DNA of 64,000 nt, from the NCBI GenBank assembly GCA_036172245.1, contig JAYWIR010000012.1:2356001-2420000 (forward strand). Reading direction: 5' to 3'. This DNA is from Raillietiella orientalis (taxonomy: Eukaryota). A program made the translations under genes and the position numbers. Numbering within the stretch: position 1 is the first letter of the stretch; every line of letters begins with the position of its first letter. Positions 45,630 through 60,200 of this stretch are shown in pieces. Under the pieces are notes generated by a model that was given only the letters and a program-made list of their open reading frames with translations, did no database searches and was not told the DNA's origin.

Positions 45630-46825
45630 ATGGTAAAAGTCGTATTTGTCCGTGATCATTTGGTGCATGTTCCATATTGGTGTTTGTATTTCTGATACAT
45701 GAATGCTTAATTCATGATTATGTTGTTTTAGGGCTTTGTTAAGGTCGTAAAGAATAAGGCCTATTTCAAAAGATTTCAAGTTCGCTTCAGACGGCGTCGT
45801 GAAGGTAAAACTGATTACTATGCACGAAAGAAACTGATAACACAAGCCAAGAACAAATACAACACTCCCAAATATCGGTTGGTTGTGCGTTTTACCAACA
45901 AAGATGTCATATGCCAGGTAAAAGGTCAAATCTTGTCATCTGTCATTTGTTTGGTTGGAGCAGATCATTTATGCAAGAGTGGAAGGAGATGTGGTAGTAT
46001 GTGCTGCATACAGTCATGAGTTGCCACATTATGGAATTAAAGTAGGATTGACCAATTATGCTGCATCATATTGCACTGGCCTTTTGTGTGCACGACGAGT
46101 AAGTACCCAACATGCAGTGTAAATTGTATGTTTCTGAAGTTGCTTAACAAATTAGGTTTGGATCGTTTTTATCAAGGATGTAAAGAAGTTGATGGTGGTG
46201 AATATGCTGTGGAGAATTTGTCTAAAGGACCTGGTGCATTTCGTGCATATTTAGATGTTGGCTTAGTACGCACCTCTACCGGCAATCGTGTTTTTGGAGC
46301 CATGAAGGGAGCTGTAGATGGTGGACTCGATATTCCTTATAGGTTGGGAAATTCATCAACTACTTTCAGTGCTCCGTTTTATTTCAGTGTGAAACGATTC
46401 CCAGGATATGATTCTGAAAATGAGCAGTTCAATGCTGAGGTGCATCGTGAGCATATATTTGGGCAACATGTGGCCAATTACATGCGAAAGCTTCTTGATG
46501 AGGATGAGGAGGCATACAAGCGTCAGTTTTCTCAGTATATTCGTCTTGGTATCACTGCTGATGATGTGAGTGTTTTGACATTAGTTTTCTTTGAATCATG
46601 TGCTTCCAGCTGGAGGATATCTATCAGAAGGCTCATGCAGCTATTCGATCGCATCCTAAACCATTTGTTCAAGCTAAAAAGAGTAAAAAACGGGAATCTG
46701 GTGCTTCCAAGAAGAGATGGAACCGTGCCAAGTTAACAGGAGTTGAGAGAAAGAACAGAGTTCAGCAGAAGAAAGCTGCTTTTCTCAAATCTCTCTCAAA
46801 GGGGGAGACTAAAATGGAGCATTAA
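45630..46825 (+). CDS. RPL5: 60S ribosomal protein L5 (uL18), 6 coding exons, 306 aa
   Basis: Exons 45630-45632 (ATG alone), 45732-45917, 45964-46098, 46140-46342, 46388-46565 and 46610-46825 total 921 nt. [33 protein letters not shown]...[19 protein letters not shown]...[18 protein letters not shown]...[20 protein letters not shown]. Confidence 0.98.
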
Positions 46826-49800
46826 ATATGAACTTATAAAAGTATACCCAGCATGCATCTGACGTCGTCTCTTGTTGGGAGTTTTTGTATTTCATGTATT
46901 GGGGTCGCATGTGTATCCGTTCTAATCCTTTAGGGTCTTTCCTTCTTCCTTTTGCAAAAAAAAATAATTGTATCTTACTTGCGTTTTTCGCCACTGCGTA
47001 CATTCATGAATGCCTCAGCATTGGGGAGTAGGTTTCTCTGCACGTACCTCGTCTAGGGATCTTTCCATTCTGTTTTTTAAAATAAGCATTTGTCTCGGGT
47101 GCTTTGCTGGATTGAAAGCGCAAGTATGCAAGTTGCATCCAGGGTCACCCACACTGCCATGGAGATTCTCTAAGATTAAGAATCAAAGTGGGGAGCCAGG
47201 AGAACGTGTTGGATGCTTCGATTCACTTGTGAGCAAGAGCGCAGCAGCCATGTGGTAGGGAAGAGGGAGGGGGAGTCGGCTTCCCCCAGGGTGGTTAAAG
47301 GTTCGGGCACCCCATGCGTGTACTCCTTCATGGAAGGATCGTCATCTTGTGTTCCCGAAAAGCTATGTGTGAGGGAGGGCTGCGACGCTTTCGAAGGGTC
47401 AACTTCCGAAACGCTTTGCGCAATATCATAGCCGAGGACGGCAGCGGAGGCGTGACTATTGCTGCTTCAAAATGGCAATAAGAAATCGTTTCCTGCTGTT
47501 ACACAGAAAGGCTTCATTCCTTTTAAATAAAAGAATGTGTGACTTTTTTGCGCGGAAAAGTAGTTTGCCAGTATTTCATGTCGGCGAATCCTCCATCCTG
47601 CGGCGGAGGAGTATGTATCGATGAATTTCCATCCGGTCCAGCCAGTGACTTCCTCGGATCCCTTCATGTGAGTCGGTTCGCAGTCGCGGTTTGGTAGTAG
47701 AAATCTTTCTGTGTGCAGTACGTGGAGATGGGGACACTTCCGAGCGAAATCTGAAACCGAGTTCGATGCATGGCCGGTGTGCCCGGAACGTCGGGTCCGT
47801 AACTACTCACGCGTGGACTGCCAGTTTTCACGTGGATGCAGCATCCCCAAGCGCAGTAGCAATCCTGATTGCACGTTCAGTTTCGTGGATCGTCCACCGC
47901 GGTCGTCTCCGCGTTTCTTCACCTCCGGCGTCGGAAGGCGACTGCGCAGGCCGGGCATTTCTTTGCGAGCGTGCGGAATAGAGCCTTGCCGGGGCAAATC
48001 GACTGCAAACGGCAGAGAGCCCTTTCGAACTCGGCGCAGGGTAATCATCGGGTAAATGCAGATGAGATGCAGCTTATCGAATTGGGGCTCTCCCGAGAGT
48101 GCGCCCCATCGGTTGCCGGAATCCCTCCTGGAGGAACGAACGCGTCGCGAAATGATGTCAGGTCCGCAGGGTGGGCCCACGGGGGGATGGCCTCACCACG
48201 GGTTCGTCTCGCCCTTTCCGTACGATCACTTCGGTCTCTAATTCTGATCTTGGGACTTGCTCTAAGTAAATTGAGATTTCACGTATTATTAGAAACGTTT
48301 ATTAACATTTCCAAGGTTCCGACCCGGTATTTCCATAATAAATTTTTTGAAATCGTACAAATAGGTATTTATCATTAACAATAACAGGCAATTGGGTTAT
48401 AATGAGTTCACTTTTGTACAGCTCAGCAGATGAATCACTTTCATGCATTCTGGTGGCTACTGCGTGTCGTTTCAACCGCGGATTATCACTGAGGTTTTGC
48501 CACCCATCCGAGGTGTCCCCAGGATAATTTAAACGTGTTTCCTGTTTCCTTGCTGCGTCGACTGGTTTGCCTTGTCTACATCCCGGTTTCATAAGATCTT
48601 GTAACAGATAAATGATAATCACTGAAATAAATCGGATCTCATAAAATTAGGTTCCCGATACACTCAAGCCGAAACATAACTCATACGGAAAACTTCATGC
48701 AGGTATGATCCATTCAGATGTCTGCCTTAATGGAAGCGAAAAAGGTTCGTTCGGTACATTTTTCAAGTGTCTTGTGGATGCGTGCAATTTCATCACAGAG
48801 GGTTGCATTTGCATTCGGTGCGATGGTGTTTCGTTTTCCCGCTTTTTGGTTTCCGATCAGGATGCCTTTGATGGATTGTAGGTGTGCTGAAGATTTTTCT
48901 CTCCCTTCCAAGAACTGCATCTGTTTACACAGCAGTAGACGGTCACGTCAGTGGTATGTGTAATTCGACTGGAGATCCATCGAGATTTCTGATGGTTTAT
49001 CAATTTCACTGGCTATGGCATGGCGAAAGGAGCGATGCTTGTTCTGCGTTGCCTACAAGAAGAATACACAATCAGCAAACAGTGTTTACTCAGATGATGA
49101 TGATTATGGAACACTCCGATTCATCATAACACACCTACGAGAGGGTGCCAAGTTCGGCTCGAGGCGAGAAGCATGAACAAAGGAAGGAGCAAACAAGAGC
49201 CGAGTTTTCAACCTCGGGCTCTGCGCGAGCTTGGAAGATCTTTGGGAACCGCCGAGATCTTTCGCAAACGAGTCAGCAGTCTTCACGTCGCGCCTCGACT
49301 CTCTCTCGCCATGACGACCGGGCGCTCACAAGTCGCGATGCGATGGTGCGTCGTGGATGCTGGAGCTCCGGGTTTCAGCACGGCAAGACGCACGGAGGGG
49401 CCAACCCCCACGTCGCAAGAAGGAACCTCCCCGAGCAGCAAGGAGGGCAGCCTTCACGGGCGGACAGATCGATGAAGCCCGACAACGGAGCGCCGAGCGG
49501 GCCTTCCGTCGCCATGGGATTCGGCCGGTTTATTCAGATTCTGCAGGGAGAGAGGAAAGAAGAAAGAAAGAAGGAACCCGTGGAAACAGAGAAGTCCCCA
49601 AAACGGTGCGAACTCGCCCTCCTGGACTGGCATCTCGTTAATGAGTGAACTCGTGTAGAAACTTTCATGCTGATAGCGCAGTGGGCAGATGCCGTATCAA
49701 TACAATGCATGACTGAGTTGAAATCGGCTGCAGCGCTGCATGCAATTATGTGCGATCCGCTGAGATAAACCGGATTTTTAATCTCCCAGGATGCTGCACC

Positions 49801-51226
49801 GTTTTGGAATGGTTTCCTTCGAACCTTTCGATAATCAATCAAGTTGACTAAGGATGCTAAAAGCTCCACTGCGACCGGGCCGGGTTCGCGCCACCGTGCA
49901 TCTTTCGGCTCGTATGATACGGATACGGAGTAGCCACTCTCTCAAACATCCCACTTTTGTGAGCCCCGCTCCGAGTCGGCTCGCGGGACGCCGCTGGATG
50001 TGTCCCGCCGCAGGGTGTCCGATTCAAAAGTTAGAGGAAGATGGATGGCCGGATCACAGCAAGGCGGAGGTTTCGAAATTCAAGTCCGAGAGCTTTGCGG
50101 AACGTCGCGCCACATTTGTTCGTTGGCTTCCTTTTGTTTCGTGGGAACAAAGAACCATCACTACCTCCGAGATGGTTTTTCCTTGCTCCTTCCTCATTTC
50201 TGTAGTTTCTCTGCCATTTCCATCGTAGAGGCGCTACTCGCTACCAGGAACTGAACCGATCCACGTCATCTCTTTCTTATAATGAAGCCGAAACCAACAC
50301 AAACCACTGGCAGAGAAATTTCACGAAGCCTCCAGAACGAAAGGAGAAAGGGCCCGCTGCAGTCCTTTCCTTCTCCTTGCTGTTGCAAGGACGCCACTCT
50401 TAATGTGCTCGCGTTACGCTCGGCTGAAGAGATGACCTTCATTTGCGCGGGAAGGCGGTTCATCTGCTCAGCTGCTCGTCAGGATGAGGTTGTGCCAGTA
50501 GTCAACCCCGCTGCCAGCGACGCTGACTCACGGACTTGGGACGAGCTTAGTCAGGACCCCGCGTTCAGAAATCGCTCGATTCCAGCGAGGTCGCCTTTCG
50601 GTCATCCAGCTCTTTCGTCATAGATGGTCGAGAGCCGTGGAACGATCCGAACGTCTGCGCATCCGCCGAAGCATCCGTCCTGCGCAAGGAGGGCCCAAAT
50701 CGCTGCCCTTCAGGCAGCAGTTTCTTCCTTATCTGCCTCTTGCGGTCGTTTCGTGCACCCTGGCCCCGCTCCTTGCTGGGGGACCGAGTCCGCGTTGCGG
50801 ACAGAGAGGGAGGTCACGGAGGGCGCACGTGGCTGCTGCGAGGATTATTGTCGCTTGAGACAGCTGCTGGGAGGGTGGCAGCGGCAGGCAGCAGCTCTCA
50901 GCGAGACGAAGAAGCTGATAGGGAGCTGAGCGCGGGGGAGATGGCGACCCTGCTGCACAGGAACAGAAGGGAGCTGCTCGATAAAGAAGGAGCGGGACGG
51001 GGGAAAGGACGGGAAGGGAGGAGCAGGGTGAAAGCTAATCTCTGGTCTGCGGACGTCCGTCCCCTCCCCTCGCTTCCCCTTCGACCCCATCCGCCACATC
51101 CCCACTTCCCCCTCTCTCCTCTGTCTTCAGCACGGGCAATCCCTGGAAGGCGAGGGCCCCGGGCTGGGACTCGCACGGACAACCAAGGGCAGGGATACGA
51201 GCCACCCGCTCCCCAACCTCTCCTCC

Positions 51227-54200
51227 CTACTCCCTTCTCCTTCCTCCCCCGCCGCCACTCGCCTTCACTTGTAGGGAGAACCTCCTGTGGGTGGGTTTCC
51301 GGCCGCCCCTCCTCTTGGAGATGTGGGGGTTGTCCTTGCACAGCGTCTTGTTCTTGAGCACCTGGAGCTGCGTGTACACCCTCTTGAGCTCCGCCTGCGG
51401 GAGAAAGACGAGAGGAGAGGAAGGGGCAGGGAGGAGAAAATGACCGTGGGAGCCTGCCCCTGTCCGTTCCGCATAGGTCCGCCGGGGGAGGGCGGGCGGG
51501 AGGGAGAGAGCGCGAAACCTACCCGGATGTCTTCCGGGTCCATGTCGGAGATGTTGACCTCGGTCACGTCGGCTTCTCCATTGAACGCTCCCGCGTAGCC
51601 GGAGAACTTGGGAGAGTCCCTAGCAGACCCGTTCTGCTCCAGGGCGTCCGTCGTGGACAGCGCCCTCACGTTCTTCTTCGGCGGGGGCTTGTAGTACAGC
51701 CAGATCTGGGGGGGGCAGGGAAGAAAAGTGGGACGAGGGGGGTGGGGGAGAAAAGGAGGGCGTGGGCGGATGGGTAGGGCTCTCGCCGCGCCCCTCTCCC
51801 CTGCCTCTTCGCTCACCTTCGGTCCGAACAGCAGGAAGAGGATCAGGCTGGCGGTTCCCTGGCAACGCAGGAAGCGGAGGAGGAAGAGGTAGTCCGGGTG
51901 CAGCCGACCCCGCACAAGGTGCCTGGTGACGTAGAACCCGAAGCTCAGGAAAAACTCCAGCAGCACGGCGAGGGTCAGAGGGAGGTTCTCGCCGAGGTCA
52001 TTGGACGCCGTGCGGATCCCCCAGCTCAGGTAGATCCCGAAGAGCAGGAACAGCATCTCACCTGGGCGAAGAGAGGGCACGGCTCACGACCAGGGGATTC
52101 CGGCCCTCCTCCCCCCGGACTGAAGGGGTTGGCGCGCGCGTCGGCGACGAGAGGGCTCAAAGGGCGGCGGGACTAGGACTGCGTCGCATCCTCGGCAGCA
52201 GTGGCCTCCCTTTCCCGCCGCGCAGCAATCGGTGGTCCATCCCTTCCGCGTCTCCCGCATCGCGCGAGGGTCGGAGCAGATAAGGCGAATGGGATGCGCC
52301 ATCGGGGAAGACTCGCGACCACAGGAGTCGCCTCTGACTCCTGCGTTTCACTCCACTCTATCCCTCCTCCTCCTCCCTGATGCCCCTGAGTAAGGAGCTT
52401 CCAAGGGCAGCAGGAGCGTCTTTCCCTCTCGGGGTTGACGACGGACAGTGGCTAAGGTCCATCTCATTACTGCAGACTCCGACCAGGTTCTTCCCCTTTT
52501 CTCCCCATCCCGTTCCCCCTTCTTCCATGGTCTTCCTCCCTCCTCTCCCACTTCCGGCTCTCTTTCCTCGCTCCACTCGTATCTTCACGACCCTCTTCCC
52601 TCCCAAAAGATGAAAGAAGAGGAAGGCGGACGCACACTTTCTGAGAACATGGCTACAGGCAACGGCGGAGTATCCATCCTGCCAACGGGTAACCCAGCCT
52701 AGGAAGGGCTGGACCGGGGGTTGAGGGAATACTGGATCCACCGAGCGCAGCATCCATTTCCATGCGGAGGGAGATCTCGAGGCGGCGGCTGCGGCCGCGG
52801 CCACCGCCCGCTTCCCGTGTTGCTCAGGGTGGATGGGGAGGCAGAGGGTTGCCCCGCCTCCTGCGTTTCCGGAGGAAGACCGGGCGCGGTCCTACCTATT
52901 TCTGTGACGTATTCCCACCACTCGCAGAAGCAGAACGTGAAGGTGCGACCATCTCTCGCGCTGCCGACGGTCACCAGGCTGCTGCTCCTCAGGGGATCTT
53001 CGAGAATGACCGCCGTCCAGGCAGCCATGTAGCCAGCCACCACCAGCAGGATGATAGCCAAGTACTTCAGGAGGTCTTTGTCCCGGATGACGCAGCGATG
53101 TGCCTTCCTGGTGCGGAACTCGACCATCACCCTGAAAGAGGAAGTTGGGCGTTGTCTCGGGAATGGGCAGAAGGATGATAGAGGAGGGAGAGCCTCCGGC
53201 TTACCGTGCGATCTCTTTGGAGCTCGGAATTTGATGTCTCCGCTCGCTCCTATCCACAGATCTCTGAGAGGGGAAGGCTCGATCGCCGGTCGCAAAGCGG
53301 CGCGCAGCCGGGGCGATCGAAAAATCGGCGGGAGACCTGACCTCCCTTCTCATACCCCCATGGTATCCCTGGAGAACGCTCCCCAGGGATAGCATAAGGA
53401 GCAGCGAGCGGGCGAAAGACAAGAACATTCCTCTGAGGAGCAAGCGAGATAGAGCGCGTTGAGAGAGCCGCGCGTGGAACGTCTATCCTCTGTTTCCACA
53501 GTCCATTCGCGGGATGCCCAAGTCCCATGCGAAGCAGGAGCCTTCCCTTTTCGCTCTCCGGCAGCGGTGAGCACACCTCACAGACATCCCGCCCTGTGAG
53601 GCGGCTCTCTCAGTGCGACGCTTGCTCGGAGCGCTTCGGAGCATGCGCGGAGCTCAGCACCGCGTTGCCAAGGCGAAAAGCCACACAGAGCCTCCTCTTT
53701 AGTGGAAAACATTCTCCGAGAAATATGGAAGATTTCTTTCCTTCGTTTTTTTTCTTTAAGTTGACAGGGGCTTGGAATTTCAGCCTTCTTCGACTGAACT
53801 CGTGGGCGGCCAAATTGCGACTGTGGAGGTGGGCGTTGCTGTTTGGAAAGGACAATCGGAATCCCTAGTGGGAAGTTTTCCTTAAAAAAAAAATGTCGTG
53901 CCGAGAAGAACAAAAAAAAAAGGGGGAAAAAACGGAAAACATCATTCCCTTAGTGTCTCGCAGCTACTGCCGCAATGTGCATCCACCGGGAATTTCTGAC
54001 CTTTTCGGTGCCGGCACGTACCGGTCTTAACAGCCATCCCCAGCATCGTTACTTGCTGCCTCAAAGCCTGGGAAAGCAAGAGATGGTCCTTTCGTTCCGC
54101 TCCAATGGCCGTGATCGAACTCTTTTCGTATCTTCCACTAGCAGTCACGGACACTTCAGTGTACGCGGGGGAGTCGGGGGGTTTCTCCTCGGTATGAAAT

Positions 54201-57200
54201 CCCGACGCTTTTCGTACCGGCAGGCTCCTCGATAAAAACGTGATGCTTCGCTGGTTTATTTTTAGCCGACCTATCCTGCCTATCCCCGGCCGGACATTGT
54301 TTGGGGAGCATTGTTGCGCATCGATTGTTGGACGGCGACAATGGGCGCGACGCTGCTTCGCTACTTCCTGCTTGCGCTGCCGATCTCCCCGCCGCAACCC
54401 CGATGAAAGATGAGGGCGTCAGCAAATCTCCGAGCCTACGCAAAGTTTCGGTGTGTTTTCCAGTGGAACGGAAGTGAGAAGGTTCTGTTTCCGCGGTTCC
54501 TCCCGGGTCACGTCCGCATTTCACGCAGCAGCGAGCCGTTGGCTTGTTTCAAGACTTTCGCGGGTTTATTTTCCTTCGCCGCAACTGCGAAATCAGCACC
54601 GCTTCTGTTCAGAATCGTTGATCTCCTGCCCCTCCGCTTCCTACCTTCTGTGGGGAGTGTTCCCGGCGGGGTGCTTCCCCGCCATTTTCTTTAATTACTC
54701 CTTTAATTGAGTTAAAGGAGTGTGATCTGCTTAGTCGTCTCATAGCATCCGAGATGTGTGAGTTGTGGAGTCATCGGAAATCCTCAGAAAGGCATCTGTT
54801 TCCCCATCCATTCCACTGGATGCTCCCCGTGCAAGCAATGTTTTCTTCTATACAAGCAGTTTTCATTTTATTTGTTTCATCCGAGAGAAATGAATTCTCG
54901 GGAAGCAGAGCGTTCTATTCAGCGAAAATCCTCCGAATTTCCTTCAAGTCTTCTAAAAGACCTCATATAATACCAAGAGATTCCGAAGAAAAAAAAAGAA
55001 CAACAAAAAAAAAAAAAAAAAAAGGAAGAAAGAAAGAAAGAAGAAAAAGAAAAGCGGAGCAATCACATTTACTTTAAAAGAATGATCCAACCTTCGGATC
55101 ACAGAATGTAATTCTGAAAATGAAATTCCGGAAATGGGAGCAGCATTCTTAATAAAAGCCTTTGTAGCATCCTGGAGGGTAGGATGAGGGGGTGGAGGAG
55201 AACCATTTCTCCCGATTTTAATCAGATTAAAGTTATCCCAAGTGTGTTCGTGCTTGCTGTTGCCACAATTGCGCTTGTTCCTCGTTGAAAATCTCCTATC
55301 GTTCTTTTTTCCTCTTCTTCTTCCCGTGAAAGTGAAATTGGTGTTTTGGCAGTCGGGAAAACTGCACGAAGAGACGATGAGATTTACCAGATCGCTTGAT
55401 GGTTTGCCGGAGGCGGCACGTACGAAAGTGTCTCTCGTAAGCGAAGGATGTTCTGCATCTTTATTAGATTATGAGGAAATTCCGGATGCTTCGAAAGAAG
55501 GATGATGAGCACTGCTGCCTCGGAACGTATCAAGTGGCCGATGAAATAAATTGTATTCCTGCTCGTTTCTCGAAGACCCTGCCGCACTTCCAGCCGTTCC
55601 CCGTCTCGGATTTACACATCCGCTGTCTTGCTGGCCGGGATGCGAGCTCAGCAAATTTTCGGTTCTGAGTCTCGTGCTTCTAATGCTCCTTTTATTGAGT
55701 CAAAAATGCATCTAAGCAAAGCAAGATCGATACGGAAGGAGGAAAAAAAAAGTAAATATTTCTGAGGGAAAGGAGAAGAGGAAGAAAAGGAGAGGAAAGA
55801 TGCCGATGATTCTTCCCGTGCCTTCGCAAGAACAGAAAATCTTTATTGACCAAGCAACGAGCGTGAAAAGACAAGGAGACTCCAACACGAGATTTTATTG
55901 GTATCGATTCCTCCTCCTTCTCCATCTTGAAAGCGAAAATTCCATCTATCACTTATTTTTCTTCTCCTCCAGTAGCTCGTACAAACACTTTGATGCGAGG
56001 CGAGCGCGAGAGTACCTCGGAGCGTATTCGCCGCGGGCGCAGAGGCGCGCGGAGACGTCCCGACCCGAAGCGGTGCTGATGCTCTTCTGGGGAAAGTGCC
56101 TCTTTCGCCACCAGGAACGAGGACGGCGACGGAGGGAACGGAAGGAGGAAATACCGGGCAGCACGGTCCTCAGCTCTGCGCGCGTAGAGGAGGGTATCCA
56201 GGCGGCACGAGTGCACCCTCTAGATGCAGGGGATCTGGAGCCTCGTCCCACGCCCTCGTCTCGGGAGCAGACCAAAACCTCAAGAGCGCATCCCTCTCGG
56301 GAGCGCACAAGCCTCGCGCCGGTGCGTCGTCTCCTTCCCTAGGCGCGCGCTCCAGTCTCTGCGCCGCGGACCGCGAAAGCGGGGCGGCGAGCGGGGGCGG
56401 GAAAAGTCCCCCGTACTCAAGAGTGCGGCTTCCGGCCGGGAATCCCTGCCCCCCTGGTGCGCCGGGATGCATCACTCGGCAGCTGCGATCCGGATATGCG
56501 TATTCGTGCAAGCGGTGCCACGGGAGCTCTTTGGGTGCTTTTTCACCTTTGGTTACCAACCTTCGAGGGGGCAGAGGGTGACGGCTCACTGGGTGGATGC
56601 GGGAACGAGGAAGGGTAAGGAGGGACACGGGAGGGTGCATTCGAAATGCCGGACTTCCGGAGGAGTGGATGACTTCCAGCAGTTTCCTGGGGGTAGCAGG
56701 ACAGGAGGGAGACGAAGAAGACAGTAAGGGCGAAGATGGAGACCGATGGAGATGCGATCCAGAAGAATATCTCAGAAACGAGCGAAACCGGAGCTCAGGT
56801 TTCAAAGGCAACGGCTGCGAAGGCGATGCAGGGACTCCACGCAGATGCGCTTCTTCTCTCCTGGATCTCCAGAGAAAACGAACACCCTGAGCAGACGGGA
56901 GCCGTGGCCTCGTGGGATCTCTCCCGGAACCGGTGTGGATCTTCTGACCAAGGGCGTGGACGCATTCGCCAACAAGGACTCTCGCCTCCTCCAGGAAACG
57001 CGCGAGACGCAGGCCCACGTTATACTATCCACTCGGCAAGCAGCCTACGACCTACTCCAGGTGGGACCGAGGACAACCGAGCCCTGAGTCACGTCCGAAC
57101 CGAAGGAATTGGGAGGGGAAAAACGATCGCACCTCAAGGGAGATTTTAGGGGTCTCCTTGGGTTCAGAGTGAACAACCCGAAATTCCTCCATCAAGGTGC

Positions 57201-60200
57201 TCTTGTCTCTCCCCTCTTCTACCCAATTCTCCCTCAGGGTGAGAACGGAGTACTTCCGCGCGGCGAGGGCGCCGCCGGTGGGGCCAAAAGGAGGCTTCAC
57301 CAGACCTTGAGAAGGAGTGGGCCGCTTGGTGGTCCCTTTTTCAGCATTGCCCCAGTCTTCCCTTGAGATCCGTCCTCAAAGGACTCCGAACCCACCATCC
57401 CGGCCTCGCAGGCGAGAGCGCCAATGCTGCTTACTTGTATATCTTGAGGATGATGGCACCGTAGAAAATGCAGAACCCGACCTCCCGGAACCATGGCTGG
57501 ACGATGCAGACGACGGCGGACGGCTCGAAGTAGCCAACGATGACCTGCGGCGGTATTGGTGACTCCCCCCGAGGGTCTCTGGCTGGCGAGCTTGGGACAG
57601 ACCTCGGAGTACAGCAGCAGGGCTCCCAGAAAGATCATCTCCAGCATTGTCCACATGGCGACGATGATGGGCTGCGGAGGATTCGGAAAATACGGGGACG
57701 GTGGTTGGCGCGTGCGCCGCAAGCGACCGCTCCTGAGAGGAGCGAGAGGGGAGGGTGGGTGCGCCTACTCCTTGGAGGGTTCCCGTCTTTTCCTTACTCC
57801 AGAGAGGAAGGGGAGAGGGGGAGGAGGAGGAGAAGGGCTCACTTTCCTGGCACCCGGAAACTCACCCTCTTCTCCCCTTCCCTTGAGAGATGGCGCAGAG
57901 GAGAGAGCTTCGCAACAACCGATTGCGCCAGTTCCGGGAAGTTATGTTGACCACCGCTCCTTGAGGGAACGGGAAGGACCGTACGCGTGTCAGAGTTCCC
58001 CCTCAATCTACGCTCGCTCGAAGGGGCTGCCGGAGGCGCCTGCGCCCCACTTCCACCTCCGCTTTCCGCGTCCCCTCCACCGTACCTTCTCCTTCCTTAA
58101 CTTGTAGATCACGATGGCCAGCGCGACGGTCACCGTGGCGCAGAAGGTCTGCACAGCCATGGGAACGGCTCGGAGCAGGACGTCATAGTGGGCGAGGCAT
58201 CCCGCCCTCCGGGAGCAGTTCCGGCAGTCCCCAGTGCAGGACGGACACCTGGAAGCAGAGAGGCGGCGGCTGAGGTCAGGGAGCGTTCCCCCGGGGCGGA
58301 TCTTTGGGGGTGAAGGACGACGCTCTTGGCAACGGTGGCCCAGCCGCCGCCTCCGTGGAGGGTTTCTTGTCCTTGAACGGCATTTCGGTCAGGAGCAGGA
58401 AGGAAAGGGTCAGCAAGAAGAAGGAAGGACGTTCTGGTTGGTTCCTGCGGAGTAGCCGTATCGACTCGAGAGAACTGCGGCAGCTCCTCCGGGGTCGTGT
58501 GAGACCCGCTCCTCGTCGGCACCGCTGATCCCTTGAGGATAAGAACAGGAAACATTCGTTTTCCTCTCCTGCTTCGTCCTTCGTCTCTGGATCACCTTCG
58601 GCTCATCGACCAGAGCCAACGTCCTCCCGGTCGCTACGTCTTTCCGCCGATCTCCGGTACGGACTGGGGTCGAGGCTGTGCTGTTCATGCCAGGATTCAG
58701 GGGTGTGGAGGAAAAGAAAAAGGAGGAAAAAGAAAGGGACTCTTGATGAAACCCCGGGGGGGATCTGGGTAGCCCTACAGGAAGGAGTGGCAGGTCCACC
58801 TGCTACGAGACTGGATGTGGATGACACGCCCCTTCCTCTTTCCCCTCCCTTAGTCGGTTTCTGGAGAGCCCGGAGCCAGCCTTTTCCCTGAGCGAAGGGG
58901 TGCGACTCTCAGGCTCGAGGTCGGGCAGCGAAAGGGGAGAGGGAAAGGTGAGCAACAGGACGGTGGGACTCAGGAGAGGACTGGATGGTCAGGAAAGCAG
59001 TTTGAACCCTCCTGGAGGGTATCCAGGATTCCTGCCTTGTTTTTGGAAACTTGAAGCGATAAAGGCGCCTCTCCCTCCCCTATGGAGAAGACCGGCTGGC
59101 CCATCGGTTTCTGGGGTTTCCGCGAATGGGGAGAGCAGAGGGATGACCTGGACTTGACCAGAACTCGTCTCCTTTCAGAAGACACCCCTCGTGGCCGCTT
59201 GGCACCCTTTCCCCTGAGAGTGGGCCGCGTCGGATCGATTACTGCCTCTCAGCGAGGGCAGACCCTCCGAGCACGCTCGAAGGAGTGCGTTGCTGTGGAA
59301 ACGAGGCGGTTCCCTTGGGGTCTCCGAAGACGGCAGATCCCTCCAGCCTTCTTCCTTCCCATCCCCTTCTCCTAGGAGACCGGGAATCCGAGCTCGCCAC
59401 CCCTCTTCTCGGGACCACAGCAACCGAGAGCACTTCAAGGGTTGACGACAAGCTGCCTCCGGAGGGTTCTTGGAGAGGGAGGAGGCGAGCTGCTGCCGGG
59501 ACGGGAGAGCATCCTCTTCTTTGGGATCTTCCTCGGGTGCCATTGCCATGGTCATGGAGCGTTTGGGGCGCTAACGCGAGCAGCTCCTATCTCGGAGCAC
59601 TGGGGGGCATTCCGTGCCTTCCCTTCCCTCCCGGTTGCCTCCGGGGTCCAACCGGGTTTTTTCTGGACACGCACCGATGTGGAAAGGGTGTAGGCATCTG
59701 GGAACAGCCTCGCTTCCGAGAAAGAGAAGCGCCGACCAGGAAGCCTCCCTCTTTTTGCACTTCCAATCGCCAAGGTTCATCCTTCGCTCCGAGAAATTGG
59801 GAACGGAGAAATCGGCGAATCCCCCTGGGGTGCGAGCGAGCGCTTCCTGCTGGAGACGCGCGACATGTGCGGGCTCCTGGGTCCTTCCCAGGTCGGCACA
59901 GGAGGACCTCGGATTTCCGGATCGAGGGATGCCTCACCTGGGATTCACCCTAAGGTTCACCCGGACTTCGGAGATTCATTCCCCTCCTTCCTGGGAGACG
60001 TCCCTGCGATCATCCTTTGAGGCAGGTTCCTGTCGTTTCAGGGCGTTTTCGACGCTTCCTGGACTTCGAGCAAGAAAAGGGTATGAGAAGGGAAGAGGAG
60101 GAAAATATGATGAAAACGATATGAGAGATGAGGGGACGCGTGCCCCGGCCCCTCTCCCGAAGTTTTGAGATGCGACCTGCAAGCCCAGGGAAATAGGGCC

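Noticed and set aside
54697..54721. Perfect 10-bp hairpin ACTCCTTTAA/TTAAAGGAGT
   Set aside because: Too short for a pre-miRNA and no other supporting context.
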